DNA from: an uncultured Gammaproteobacteria bacterium
GTDB taxonomy: Bacteria; Patescibacteriota; Patescibacteriia; Magasanikbacterales; JBBTQS01
Direction of reading: 5' to 3'
Assembly (NCBI GenBank): GCA_965230935.1
Contig: OZ246400.1
Location: 502,359-566,358, forward strand
DNA length: 64,000 bases
The position numbers and the translations under genes are program-made. The notes beneath the pieces were generated by a model. The model worked only from the letters and a program-made list of their open reading frames with translations, was not told the origin of the DNA and did not search any database. Of the stretch, positions 1 to 11,017 are shown piece after piece (the first letter of the stretch is position 1; each line of letters opens with the position of its first letter).

Positions 1-57
1 CATTGCTTGCGCAATTTTTTCTTGAAGTTCAGTCAATTTATCAAGGTATTCCTTCAT
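1..57 (-). CDS. N-terminal 19 codons (MKEYLDKLTELQEKIAQAM...) of a gene that continues beyond the window start; product unknown
   Basis: The reverse complement of 1-57 reads ATG AAG GAA TAC CTT GAT AAA TTG ACT GAA ... and stays open to the window edge. It lies downstream of groEL on the same strand. Confidence 0.3.
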   Translation of the reverse strand, partial: MKEYLDKLTELQEKIAQAM

Positions 58-270
58 ATTTGGGGCAAGTATAGCGAACAGGAGCAATAGTGGCAATGGT
101 AAATGGTTGTCATTTCTTTGTGGTATGAAAATGCACCCGCAGACATTCAGTTGGCTTGAGAGCACGGTCTTTGCGGAGCAAAGTCGAGAGCCAACTGCAT
201 AGCGCAGTCCGGCGCTGGCCGGACAAGCGTGTCTGCAGGTGCATTTTTGATGTGAAAAGAAATGACGACT

Positions 271-2207
<1,937 letters not shown>

Positions 2208-2238
2208 ATTTTCCTTAAATAATAGAAAAAGTACGGCC

Positions 2239-2267
2239 ATCTTAGCGTATTTGCGTGGCACTGTCAA
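2239..2267 (-). promoter_or_regulatory. sigma70-like promoter of groES-groEL (TTGACA-17-TAAGAT on the minus strand)
   Basis: The minus strand reads TTGACAGTGCCACGCAAATACGCTAAGAT about 30 nt upstream of the groES start. No CIRCE inverted repeat was found. Confidence 0.4.
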
Positions 2268-2269
2268 GC

Positions 2270-2308
2270 ATCAAAAAAATCAAAAAGCCCTGAAAGGCAG
2301 GACTTTTT
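2270..2308 (-). terminator. Hairpin plus T-run (AAAAAGTCCTGCCTTTCAGGGCTTTTTGATTTTTTTGA on the minus strand); bidirectional terminator-like
   Basis: 11-bp stem with one mismatch, 5-nt loop, flanked by A/T runs on both sides. It sits immediately upstream of the groES promoter. Confidence 0.4.
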
Positions 2309-2672
2309 GGCACCCTCCCATCGCGAGAAAGGAAGTAATTGCGAGAACGAGGTAATTCATGTGGCTACCCCCATTTACGTGCGTAAGAAAATGAGGATGT
2401 AAGGGAGATACATGAAGGAATTGTCGTTTCACATACCCGTCGGCTCGTCTACGCCACCGTCGTATAGGCAATACTCTTCCCTACACTTTTCGCACAGAAA
2501 CGATAACGCATCGTGGCACAACAGTATACTCTTGGAATTCTTGGTAGCGTGTACAACGATGGGAGGGTAAACCGCTACGCAAGAAGTGACACTCTCGCAA
2601 CTCTAGTATCTCCCTTTAATTGCAATGCTGTCAATGCCTATACAAGAGCTAAAATTTTGCTAAATGGGGAAA

Positions 2673-4034
2673 TCATGTGGACATGGAGTGCGCAGATGGT
2701 TGATAAATCAACCATAATCCAATAACAAACCCCAACAATACTTGTCCTGCATGTAATGACCACAAATAGTGATCAAACAATCCGATCACCATAAGCGCGA
2801 TAAGTGGGAGTGCACCAAGTAATATAAGCCGATGCTGTTTGTACAACCGCCGGATCACAGCCAAAATCATAACAACCAACAGCATTGTTTGTATTACCCC
2901 TAACTCTGCGAGTGCGAGTAAGTAACTATTATGCACCGGCTCAGGGGAAACATCTGCCTCGATCACTGTATCAGTAAGTACCATCTGCGCAATAGTATAT
3001 GCACCAAACCCAACACCACTGCTGTGCTGTTGCATAATGATTCGCCAACGATCAAACGCATCAAGCCGCTGTTCAATCGACATTTGCTCGAGACGATTGT
3101 GTTCATACCCAAATCCAAGACGCGCACTTACCGGTGACCAGGCAAACACAATTGCGGCAAGCACAACGACTACTGCAAAAAAACCAGGACGATGACATAC
3201 GCATTTGTAACTCACATGCTTGGTAAATTGCACCAGTTGTTTTCGGAACCGTATTGCTAGTAGCGCACCTACTGTTGCCAATGCCAACCATGCACTTCGT
3301 GAAAATGTCCATACCAATAGTACACCTGGTATTGCACTAAGATAATAAAGATGATGTCGATATTGTCGTGTACTGTCTTTGGTAAGCCATATCAACAAGA
3401 TAAGTGTAACAACCAAATATCCGCCAAAAATATTTGGGTGATCAAACGTACCATAGCTACGCAACACTCGCACTCCTCCACTGGTGAGCACCACGGCATC
3501 ACCCAATGTCTGGGCAGAATGCTGCGCCAATCCAAACACTGTACTTGCCGGACTGGTTTGCGCAAGATACTGATATGCACCAAAAAGACTCACCAATACC
3601 ATGCCCGTGATAAATGGCACGAGGATAAATTTTCTGCCGTGCAATCGCGCTGTCCAAACGACCACAAGCACCATTCCAACGATTGAGGCAACGTGGAGCA
3701 TAGTTACCAAATACACTATCAGCAACGCATGATCATTAAATGAACTCAATAAGGTGCCGGCGACTAACACAAGAAATGTTACCGGTAGCACCCAATTGCG
3801 CCAGCGAGTCTTTCGCAATACTCCGGCAATAAGATAGCTCATGACAGCAACTACTAAGACAATCTCCACAAGATATACTTGGGTAAATAAGAACTCGCGA
3901 TCAAACCACACCATGAGCCTATCATCTAAAAAACGGTAATGAGTTTGCAATGGTAATAGCAAAAATAAGACTACAGAGAACCATTTACTCAATTGATTAC
4001 TGATCCTGTGCATATGCTTGTGTCCATTGCTCAT
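2673..4034 (-). CDS. O-antigen ligase/polymerase-like (Wzy_C family) polytopic membrane protein
   Basis: 453 aa with about 10 predicted TM segments. The central FSRSAWLALATVGALLAIRF is a Wzy_C-like motif. Confidence 0.65.
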   Translation of the reverse strand: MSNGHKHMHRISNQLSKWFSVVLFLLLPLQTHYRFLDDRLMVWFDREFLFTQVYLVEIVLVVAVMSYLIAGVLRKTRWRNWVLPVTFLVLVAGTLLSSFNDHALLIVYLVTMLHVASIVGMVLVVVWTARLHGRKFILVPFITGMVLVSLFGAYQYLAQTSPASTVFGLAQHSAQTLGDAVVLTSGGVRVLRSYGTFDHPNIFGGYLVVTLILLIWLTKDSTRQYRHHLYYLSAIPGVLLVWTFSRSAWLALATVGALLAIRFRKQLVQFTKHVSYKCVCHRPGFFAVVVVLAAIVFAWSPVSARLGFGYEHNRLEQMSIEQRLDAFDRWRIIMQQHSSGVGFGAYTIAQMVLTDTVIEADVSPEPVHNSYLLALAELGVIQTMLLVVMILAVIRRLYKQHRLILLGALPLIALMVIGLFDHYLWSLHAGQVLLGFVIGLWLIYQPSAHSMST

Positions 4035-4836
4035 GATATTGCGCGCGTCGGTCGTTTTGATGAAATTTGAGCATAGTACTACTCAAACACACGGCACTTG
4101 ATTCAGTTTGTTGTGCAGCAGCTCGAATAGACGCTGGAAGTAATCGCATCTGTACACGTCGTGCCCATGATTCAACCCATGCCCAATCGACGATACACAA
4201 CACCATACGCGCCAAACGAGTTCCCCAACCAAATGCTGGTGGGTGTGCATGATGCACGCGTGCGGTTCCCCAACGATTTGCTGCAAAAAATTTTGAAAAC
4301 ACCCTATCAACCTCCCATACCGGAACCAATGTTGCCAACCAAAACTGAAGGTAACTGTCCCCTTCTGGCAAAGCAATTGATTGTAAATCTAATCCATCAC
4401 TGCTTACAAAAAAACTCGGACATACTGGATCACGCTTTGCCTCGCCTGGACGCAGACGTAACACCCGCAATAATCCTGCCACCACCAACCGCGCAAGCCA
4501 CACGCGATTCGGTTTGGTAATTACAAACAGATCAATGTCGCTATTATCTCGAACATGCAAGAACGAGAGCGTATTTGCGATTCCGACACCAGTGATCCAT
4601 GGGAATAACTGCAACACGTACGCAATACGCAATGCGCGGCGCCACTTGCGTGTGGCGTGTCGATACCGAGTTTGAAACTCTGGATGCACCTGTTGTTGCG
4701 GTGCAATATACTCTTGAACCACAAAGTCATCCTCACAAACAAACGCACGACGGTACCACGAAAGCTCGGCAGCGCTTAGCGGTCGATCAAACAACGCAAA
4801 GAATGTCGTGATTGCGCGAGTGGTGTTCATGCGCAT
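3997..4836 (-). CDS. Hypothetical protein with a minimal nucleotidyltransferase-fold-like motif (GVG...SDIDLFV)
   Basis: 279-aa ORF with a hG[GS]-x(9-13)-DhDh-like pattern. It overlaps the ligase gene by 38 nt. No confident family assignment. Confidence 0.45.
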   Translation of the reverse strand: MRMNTTRAITTFFALFDRPLSAAELSWYRRAFVCEDDFVVQEYIAPQQQVHPEFQTRYRHATRKWRRALRIAYVLQLFPWITGVGIANTLSFLHVRDNSDIDLFVITKPNRVWLARLVVAGLLRVLRLRPGEAKRDPVCPSFFVSSDGLDLQSIALPEGDSYLQFWLATLVPVWEVDRVFSKFFAANRWGTARVHHAHPPAFGWGTRLARMVLCIVDWAWVESWARRVQMRLLPASIRAAAQQTESSAVCLSSTMLKFHQNDRRAQYHEQWTQAYAQDQ

Positions 4837-4842
4837 ACGTGA

Positions 4843-5148
4843 TTACTCAATCTCAGATGACAATGCCGGCGCTGCTTCTTTTGTGGAATCCTCACCTGCC
4901 TGTTCAGCAGCCTTCTGTTGTGCTTCTTGTGTAACCAACGCATCATCAATCACCATACTCTGCTCAGTAATGGTAATAACTTGTGAGCGATGGACAACAC
5001 GCGTTTTGCCAAAAAATCCAACTCGCACGTCATACTGCAAAATACTTTGACTTTGTGGATCAATACGAAATCCGATGATCTTTCCCACACGTCGGCGCGT
5101 GGTCGTCACTACCGGCATGTGGAGTAATTGATCATGACCAAGATACAT
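4843..5148 (-). CDS. Small hypothetical protein (possible PRC-barrel-like)
   Basis: ORF of about 100 aa with an acidic C-terminus. Start uncertain (5118, 5148 or 5163). Weak resemblance only. Confidence 0.3.
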   Translation of the reverse strand: MYLGHDQLLHMPVVTTTRRRVGKIIGFRIDPQSQSILQYDVRVGFFGKTRVVHRSQVITITEQSMVIDDALVTQEAQQKAAEQAGEDSTKEAAPALSSEIE

Positions 5149-5149
5149 A

Positions 5150-5890
5150 TTATTCAATAACAATTCCCTCGCTCTCCTCTTGTTTTAATTTTCGAAACAC
5201 AATGTGCTGTTGCAAAATTGTAAGCAGAGTTGTTACCAACCAATACAACGCCAAACCACCGGGCAACTTCATTCCAATAATCACGGTGAGCACTGGCATA
5301 AAATACATCATCTGCTTGTTCATATTTGCCATCATACTCTCGTCCTTAGCACCATCAGACTTAACCACTGGTCGTTGACGATTGAGCATGCGCGCCTGGA
5401 AAAACTGCGCAATACCTGCACCGACCGCCAACCATACTGACGGTTCAATCATATCAAAGAATCCAAACGCTATTGGATTAAGTACTCCGGGATTGCTCAC
5501 AAAGCTATAGAGAAGATGAAAATCCTCTCCACGTAAACCGGCCAGAAATACCCAATACAACCCCAGCAACACCGGCAACTGAATCAACATGGGTAAACAA
5601 GAAGAAAACGGACTGACCTTATTCTCTTTATAGAGCTTCATGGTCTCTTGTGCCAATGCCTGTTTGTCATCTTTGTATCGTGCCTTGAGCGCCTCAATCT
5701 TTGGCTGCAACCGGGTCATGGCACGCTGCGCTTTGATTGACGATGCCGAAAGCGGATACAGTGCCAACTTGATCAAAATAGTGAGTACAATGATGGCAAC
5801 ACCGGTATCGTTTCCTGGGATCACGGCGTACAACCAAACCAGTGCGTTAAGCAACGGTTGATAGATAATGGTGGTAAAAAATGCTTTCAT
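5150..5890 (-). CDS. yidC: Membrane protein insertase YidC (short Gram-positive-type)
   Basis: 246 aa. IYQPLLNALVWLY...IIVLTILIKLALYPLS...KLYKENKVSPFSSCLPMLIQLPVLLGLYWV is the YidC/Oxa1 core. Confidence 0.9.
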   Translation of the reverse strand: MKAFFTTIIYQPLLNALVWLYAVIPGNDTGVAIIVLTILIKLALYPLSASSIKAQRAMTRLQPKIEALKARYKDDKQALAQETMKLYKENKVSPFSSCLPMLIQLPVLLGLYWVFLAGLRGEDFHLLYSFVSNPGVLNPIAFGFFDMIEPSVWLAVGAGIAQFFQARMLNRQRPVVKSDGAKDESMMANMNKQMMYFMPVLTVIIGMKLPGGLALYWLVTTLLTILQQHIVFRKLKQEESEGIVIE

Positions 5891-5917
5891 ACGAAATCGA
5901 CAAGACTTGAGAATGAA

Positions 5918-7267
5918 TTACTCTGCTGTTTTTTCTTCTGGTGTTGGTTCAGTAGCTTCGGCTGGCGCCTCTTCTTCTGGTGCATCCTCAGAAACAGGTT
6001 CAACTGCTTCTTCTGGAGCAACTTCTTCCGGGGCTTCCTCTTGGGACTCTTCAAGAACATTCTCTGGCACGTCTTCCGAAACATCTTCTGCCGGTGCTTC
6101 CACTGGATCACCACCTTCTTGATGCACATTGATCTTCCATCCGGTTAGCTGCGCGGCCAGTCGAACGTTTTGTCCGCCCTTTCCAATTGCCAAGGAAAAC
6201 TGATCTTCAACAACAGTTGCTGCTGCGGTATTTTCTTCTTCCCCTTCTTCATTGGTTTGTGTTTGCAAATCCACGGCAACTACTTTGGCAGGTGACAATG
6301 CTTGGCGAATGTATTCTTCAATATCATCATCATATTGAATGATATCGATTTTCTCTCCACCCAACTCGTGGATAATTGTTTGAATACGAGTACCACGCTG
6401 ACCGATACATGCCCCAACCGGATCAACGCCGTCTTCATCAGTCCAAACCGCGACCTTACTTCGTCCTCCTGCTTCACGGGCAATTCCCTTGATGATAACA
6501 CTTCCGCTGGCGATCTCAGGAATCTCAGTTTCAAAAATCTTTCGCACAAACTCAGGGGACGTACGCGACAAAATAATTTCTGGTCCTCGTCCACCCATGT
6601 CCACGCGATCAAGATAAAACTTGTAGCGCGCACCTGGTTCGTACCGTTCGCCTCGAACCTGACCACTGAGCAATACCAATCCCGTACCCCGTCCCAAATC
6701 AACAAGTATGTTACGGCCATCACGCCGTTGCACGGTCCCCATGACAATATCGCCGATGCGATCTTTGTATTCTTCAAAAATAGTATCCCGCTCTGCTTCA
6801 CGCAACTTTTGCATGATAACTTGTTTAGCGGTCTGCGCAGCCATACGACCAAATGCTGATGGTACTTCAAGTTCCATGCGAAGCTCCTCGCCAATTTCAG
6901 CTCCGGCTTTGATCTCTTGTGCCTCAGTCACCATCATGTCCGTCTTTGGATTAAACCGCGGACGATTTGGGTCTGGTTCTGGTGGCTCTTCACCGCGCTC
7001 GAGTGCTGCTTCGCGCTCTTCTGCTTCTTTTTTTGCGAGCTCTGCCAGCACATCCAAATCCATGTCAGGGACTACGGTCTTGATATCAAAAACTTTCATG
7101 TCGCCGGACTCTGGGTCAAACTCAACATGGATATTTTGTTGTTTATTTCCAAAGTCTTTACGATATGCAGCGCCAAGCGCAACTTGAAGCGTCTCCAAAA
7201 CCGCCTCATACGAAAGACCTTTTTCCTCGGCGATCAGTTTAATCGCTGCAATTACATCATTTGCCAT
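5918..7267 (-). CDS. nusA: Transcription termination/antitermination factor NusA with an acidic C-terminal tail
   Basis: The N-terminal domain (MANDVIAAIKLIAEEKGLSYEAVLETLQ...) is followed by S1 (DIVMGTVQRRDGRNILVDLG) and two KH domains (GACIGQRGTRIQ, AIGKGGQNVRLAAQLTGWKINV). Start is at the internal Met at 7267. The tail is rich in PEE/EEA repeats. Confidence 0.93.
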   Translation of the reverse strand: MANDVIAAIKLIAEEKGLSYEAVLETLQVALGAAYRKDFGNKQQNIHVEFDPESGDMKVFDIKTVVPDMDLDVLAELAKKEAEEREAALERGEEPPEPDPNRPRFNPKTDMMVTEAQEIKAGAEIGEELRMELEVPSAFGRMAAQTAKQVIMQKLREAERDTIFEEYKDRIGDIVMGTVQRRDGRNILVDLGRGTGLVLLSGQVRGERYEPGARYKFYLDRVDMGGRGPEIILSRTSPEFVRKIFETEIPEIASGSVIIKGIAREAGGRSKVAVWTDEDGVDPVGACIGQRGTRIQTIIHELGGEKIDIIQYDDDIEEYIRQALSPAKVVAVDLQTQTNEEGEEENTAAATVVEDQFSLAIGKGGQNVRLAAQLTGWKINVHQEGGDPVEAPAEDVSEDVPENVLEESQEEAPEEVAPEEAVEPVSEDAPEEEAPAEATEPTPEEKTAE

Positions 7268-7350
7268 AGAAATGTAAATTTGGTGATAAAAAAACCAGTT
7301 CAATCGTGAACTAGTATAGCACAACTATACCTGGTGTCGATGGTGGTGTC

Positions 7351-7380
7351 AAGAAAAAAGAACACCTGCCGTGGGCAGGG
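7351..7380 (-). terminator. Rho-independent terminator (CCTGCC-CAC-GGCAGG plus T-run on the minus strand)
   Basis: Hairpin at 7365-7379, followed on the minus strand by TTCTTTTTTCTT. It lies downstream of the 7399-7668 ORF. Confidence 0.45.
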
Positions 7381-7398
7381 TCTTGTTGTGATGAATTG

Positions 7399-7668
7399 TT
7401 AGCTACGTGTCCAGCGAAAGACACCTTCACTGTGGTTCCCGACCAGTACGCAACCAAGTACCAACTCCATGGCCTGGATGAACGTACCCAGGAGCAAATC
7501 CTTGGTGATCAGATGCGCGTGCGGCCGGTGGGGATGCTCGGGGTTGATCTCCTCGCCATTCTGGTCGAACAGTCGAAGCTCGTAGATACTCCCACCGAGG
7601 CGCGTAGCTTGGATGATACACGTGGCGTGAAGAACCAACGTGCTTTTTGCCTGACGATCTTCTGACAT
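7399..7668 (-). CDS. Small hypothetical protein (89 aa) in a GC-rich patch
   Basis: A strong SD (AAGGAGGG) sits 7 nt before the ATG and a terminator follows. GC is about 60% against a ~42% backbone. No recognisable domain. The antisense ORF 7396-7665 is considered less likely. Confidence 0.4.
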   Translation of the reverse strand: MSEDRQAKSTLVLHATCIIQATRLGGSIYELRLFDQNGEEINPEHPHRPHAHLITKDLLLGTFIQAMELVLGCVLVGNHSEGVFRWTRS

Positions 7669-7745
7669 GAGTTAGCCCTCCTTATAACGCCAATGGTTGA
7701 ACAAAAGAACGCGAGAAGACACCGTAGCACAAGATGCATTGGTGG

Positions 7746-8120
7746 TCAATAGACTGCTCGGTAATGACGAATCCGCGCCGTGCTACTGGGCGTTGGCCAT
7801 ACCTCAATCACATCGATCTGTGGTGCCAGATGAGAATTAGACTTTTGCAAAAAGGTTTGTCCAGCGCGCCAAATTTTTTTGAGTTTGCGCGCAGTAACGG
7901 CATAGGCTCCTTGCGCAGCAGTATTTTCATGTCGTGTTTTCACCTCAACAAAAATAACCGCATCCCCACGGCGGACGATCAGATCGATCTCACCATAGCG
8001 GGTGCGGTAATTTTTCGCGATAATTTCAAAATGATGTTTTTGCAAATACTGTGCAGCAACCTGCTCTCCCCAATCGCCAATGTGTTTTGTGCCGGCCTTA
8101 GTGTTTGGGGACAAAGGCAT
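7746..8120 (-). CDS. yraN: YraN-family (UPF0102) predicted endonuclease
   Basis: GEQVAAQYLQKHHFEIIAKNYRTRYGEIDLIVRRGDAVIFVEVKTR matches the UPF0102 signature. Start taken at MPLSPN (8120); 8132 and 8213 are alternatives. Confidence 0.75.
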   Translation of the reverse strand: MPLSPNTKAGTKHIGDWGEQVAAQYLQKHHFEIIAKNYRTRYGEIDLIVRRGDAVIFVEVKTRHENTAAQGAYAVTARKLKKIWRAGQTFLQKSNSHLAPQIDVIEVWPTPSSTARIRHYRAVY

Positions 8121-8502
8121 AGCGCTTGGCATCACGCGTATGCCGAGCACGAAGTTCAGGAACTTTTTTTCGATGATATTGGATAATACGGTATGCCCAA
8201 AATGCACCACCAATCAGCCAAATGAGCAACCAAAACCGATTGGAAAACCACGGCACACGTTCGTAACGCACAAAGACATAGAGCATCCCGAGTCCGCCCA
8301 TAGTTAACGCGAGAGATCCCCAACGTGCGATGACTTTAGCCATAAACTTCTCTAACTTCCCTTTTGCAGAAGCGCTTTTGAGTGCAATCCCAGCGAGCAG
8401 CATCAATCCAAATACAGTCAAAAGCACCGTCAATCCAGAAGAAGTGATGACTTGCGGCGTACTAAACCAATAGTGAAAGACAAATAGATTCGTAATCGAC
8501 AT
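8098..8502 (-). CDS. Hypothetical membrane protein (3-4 TM)
   Basis: 134-aa hydrophobic ORF with no recognisable domain. Confidence 0.45.
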   Translation of the reverse strand: MSITNLFVFHYWFSTPQVITSSGLTVLLTVFGLMLLAGIALKSASAKGKLEKFMAKVIARWGSLALTMGGLGMLYVFVRYERVPWFSNRFWLLIWLIGGAFWAYRIIQYHRKKVPELRARHTRDAKRYAFVPKH

Positions 8503-8556
8503 AGCGAAAAGTATGCTCCTGTTCTACCACATACGATAGGAGCTGACAAGTGGTGT

Positions 8557-9114
8557 TTATTCAGTGGCTTTGGTGAAGATAAGCGCAAAATGATATTTGC
8601 CTGCAGCGAATGACTCGGTCAATGCAAGGCGATGGCGCTTGGTAGTTTCAATAACTTCTTGAGGTTCAACCGCCTGTGTTGTCGGCTCAATTGATGCAAG
8701 CGCTTGGGCTAACCAATCCACAACCACCAGTCGGCCGCCTGGCTTGAGCAATCGTACCGCTTCTTCAATCATAGCATCGCGCTGTTTGGAATGGAGCAAT
8801 GTGGTGACGAGTAGCGCAATATCAATTGTCCCTTGAGGAATACGTGCCATACCAACCTGCTCCAAATCAGTCCAAATGGTTTTGACATTTTCAAAATGAC
8901 GAAACTCTGATGCAGATTTGATTGCTTGTACGGCATTCTTTTGGATGTCTGCTGCATAGACTGTACCAACATCACCGACGATGAGTGAAGCAGGAAACAC
9001 AAACTGACCGACACGCCCGCAACCTAGATCTGCAATACGACTCCCGGCAACTGCACCGGCGTGCTGGAGAATTTCAACCGGATCAATCAAACAGGTTCCT
9101 GCAGTGGTATACAT
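8557..9114 (-). CDS. Class I SAM-dependent methyltransferase
   Basis: Motif I (IADLGCGRVGQ) and post-I (TVYAADIQ), then ...LKPGGRLVVVDW. Start probably at MYTTAGT (9114), abutting the stop of the upstream ORF. Confidence 0.8.
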   Translation of the reverse strand: MYTTAGTCLIDPVEILQHAGAVAGSRIADLGCGRVGQFVFPASLIVGDVGTVYAADIQKNAVQAIKSASEFRHFENVKTIWTDLEQVGMARIPQGTIDIALLVTTLLHSKQRDAMIEEAVRLLKPGGRLVVVDWLAQALASIEPTTQAVEPQEVIETTKRHRLALTESFAAGKYHFALIFTKATE

Positions 9115-9115
9115 A

Positions 9116-9391
9116 TTATTGAAGACCGAATAGTGGCCTGAGGATTGCTTCTGCTGCACCACCGGCTAACCCGGTGACCATGAGTAAGCCAATAATAATG
9201 GCGAGAATGCCAATCAACTTGTACCACATGCGTGAACCGCCTTGAATCTGCATATGCTCTTCTGCCCAACCAATACGACCAAAGGTGCGCAGCATGGTTT
9301 CAGTTTTCCACACAAAAAATACTCCTGCCGCAATGATGATTAAACCAAGAATGAATTTCATATGGAGGTAGTATAACATAAAAGACCTCAT
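9116..9391 (-). CDS. Small membrane protein (2 TM)
   Basis: 91-aa ORF with two hydrophobic helices (ILGLIIIAAGVFFVW, LIGILAIIIGLLMVTGLAGG). Confidence 0.4.
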   Translation of the reverse strand: MRSFMLYYLHMKFILGLIIIAAGVFFVWKTETMLRTFGRIGWAEEHMQIQGGSRMWYKLIGILAIIIGLLMVTGLAGGAAEAILRPLFGLQ

Positions 9392-9409
9392 GAAAGAGGT
9401 CTTATTCTG

Positions 9410-9483
9410 TGCGTGCTGAGGGATTCGAACCCCCGGCCCTCTCGGTGTAAACGAGATGCTCTAACCAACTGAGCTAAGCACGC
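9410..9483 (-). tRNA. tRNA-Val (anticodon TAC)
   Basis: Minus-strand sequence GCGTGCTTAGCTCAGTTGGTTAGAGCATCTCGTTTACACCGAGAGGGCCGGGGGTTCGAATCCCTCAGCACGCA. It has a 7-bp acceptor, a canonical D arm and TTCGAAT T-loop, and anticodon loop TTTACAC. No encoded CCA. Confidence 0.9.
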
Positions 9484-9553
9484 GGAGTGAACAAATAAAA
9501 ATGCTTGCATTTTAATTTGTGAACGGAGCGGGCTTAGCCAATGGCTAAGCACG
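9484..9553 (-). promoter_or_regulatory. Conserved tRNA-upstream module: sigma70-like promoter (TTCACA-17-TTTTAT) plus a hairpin that duplicates the tRNA 5' end
   Basis: About 70 nt are nearly identical to 38507-38575 upstream of tRNA-Ile (GGAGTGA..AAATAAAAATGCTTGCATTTT.ATTT..GAACGGAG + GCTTAGCCAATGGCTAAGC). Confidence 0.5.
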
Positions 9554-9630
9554 CAACACACTGACTCCAAGCCAGATTCAGCCCCTACACTACCAAATCA
9601 TCTTCTTTTTCGCAAGCTGTTGATGAATTA

Positions 9631-9659
9631 TTGACAAAGTTCAGGCAATTTTTTATAGT
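9631..9659 (+). promoter_or_regulatory. sigma70-like promoter TTGACA-17-TATAGT for the 9743 gene
   Basis: TTGACAAAGTTCAGGCAATTTTTTATAGT. A GAGGAGGG SD lies 7 nt before the ATG at 9743. Confidence 0.45.
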
Positions 9660-9742
9660 AAGACATCCCAATTGGGAGACTGTGACATCGGTCGCAGTTG
9701 GTTTCGCTCTTTTTCATGGATGCTTACGAGGAGGGCATCGCC

Positions 9743-11017
9743 ATGCGGCAAACAGTAATCATCGTAACGGCACTGGTCATGGGCTTGTATGCCCGCAGTG
9801 CCGACGCGCGCCCGATCAAGGACGTGCTCATCGTGGTGGCGGCCGGAAACGGGCTGGAGGAGGTGCGCACGAACGTGTCGCGCCTGCAGCAGTCGATCGA
9901 GCTGCACCTGCAGCGGGAGTTCCCGACCCAGAATCTCACGTTCGCCAAGACCAGGACGATTCTGCGACAAGGAGGACTCAACGCCAAGCGGTTGGAGACG
10001 TGCACGTACAGCGCGACCTGTCTGCACGATCTGCGCACCAAGTTGGGAGTCAAGCCGGACCGGCACTTCCTGGTCGTGCGCATCACTGGTGCTGACGCTA
10101 CCCATGCCGATCAGTACCGGGTGGTGGTCTGGAAGATCGCCGCAACGCAGGACATGGACGAGATGAACCACTCCACCTGGGTGGCGCAGGACCTGAGCTC
10201 GTTGATCAACGGAACGCGGAACCTGACGGCGACGCCGCTGCGCCCGCGCGAGGCGGTGGTGAACTTCGAACTCAAACCAGAGAACACCCGGGTGAGCGTC
10301 AACGGGACCCGACTCACAGCACCGCGCATCACGCTTCCGTTTGGCAGCACTCAGGTGACGTTCAGTGCGTCGGGGTACGTCACGCGAAAGGTGCGAGTAA
10401 CGGTGGATTCGCGTCAGGCGCGTACGTTCAAGATCACGCTGGAGCGTGCAGCGCCGGTCGATCCATGCGCCGAGGTGGTTTGCACCGCCCCGGACACGTG
10501 CGTGGACGGCCGCTGCGTGTGTCAGCCGCAGTGCACTGGTAAGCAGTGTGGTGACGATGGCTGCGGCGGGAACTGCGGCGTGTGTGGTGAGGGGACGATC
10601 TGTTCGAGCGCCAACCAGTGCATCGAGGAGCCGTTCGCCTATGGAAGAACGCTCAAGATCACCGGCTGGTCGGTTGGCGCCGTGGGCGTGATCGTGACCA
10701 TCACCGGTTCGATCATCTACAGCAGCGGGCTGGACGCCGACGACGCGCTGAGCGAGAAGTGCCCAGGCAACCGCTGTCCCGACTTCACCGAGGAGCAGAT
10801 CCGCGACGAGGCGGCTGACGTGAACAGCCAGCTGGGTACCGGACGCGCCTTGTTGATCGGTGGGATCATCGCCGCGGTGGGTGGCGTTGCCACGGCCATC
10901 ACCGGCCATGTGCTGAGTGCGGACAACACCGATAGCTCGGTCGAGGTGATGGGCTTTGAGCTCATGCAAGATCCTCGCGGACGACCGATCGGGTTCCTCA
11001 GCACCGTGCGCTTCTAG
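9743..11017 (+). CDS. Secreted PEGA-domain protein with a Cys-rich repeat region and a C-terminal Gly-rich hydrophobic segment (about 62% GC)
   Basis: Signal peptide MRQTVIIVTALVMGLYARSADA. PEGA-like VNFELKPENTRVSVNGTRL...FSASGYVTRKVRVTV. Cys-rich CAEVVCTAPDTCVDGRCVCQPQCTGKQCGDDGCGGNCGVCGEGTICSSANQC. Start at the internal Met with SD; the ORF extends to 9698. Confidence 0.7.
   Translation: MRQTVIIVTALVMGLYARSADARPIKDVLIVVAAGNGLEEVRTNVSRLQQSIELHLQREFPTQNLTFAKTRTILRQGGLNAKRLETCTYSATCLHDLRTKLGVKPDRHFLVVRITGADATHADQYRVVVWKIAATQDMDEMNHSTWVAQDLSSLINGTRNLTATPLRPREAVVNFELKPENTRVSVNGTRLTAPRITLPFGSTQVTFSASGYVTRKVRVTVDSRQARTFKITLERAAPVDPCAEVVCTAPDTCVDGRCVCQPQCTGKQCGDDGCGGNCGVCGEGTICSSANQCIEEPFAYGRTLKITGWSVGAVGVIVTITGSIIYSSGLDADDALSEKCPGNRCPDFTEEQIRDEAADVNSQLGTGRALLIGGIIAAVGGVATAITGHVLSADNTDSSVEVMGFELMQDPRGRPIGFLSTVRF

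Noticed and set aside
2208-2672. Search for a CIRCE/HrcA operator upstream of groES, and for tmRNA or SRP RNA in the 360-nt gap 2311-2672
   Set aside because: No TTAGCACTC-N9-GAGTGCTAA inverted repeat was found and no tRNA-like T-loop or SRP domain-IV motif. Only a sigma70-like promoter and a bidirectional hairpin were seen. The gap remains unexplained but no RNA family could be supported.
6280-6894. 204-aa and 185-aa ORFs overlapping nusA on both strands
   Set aside because: They are internal to a well-supported nusA reading frame and have no features of real genes.
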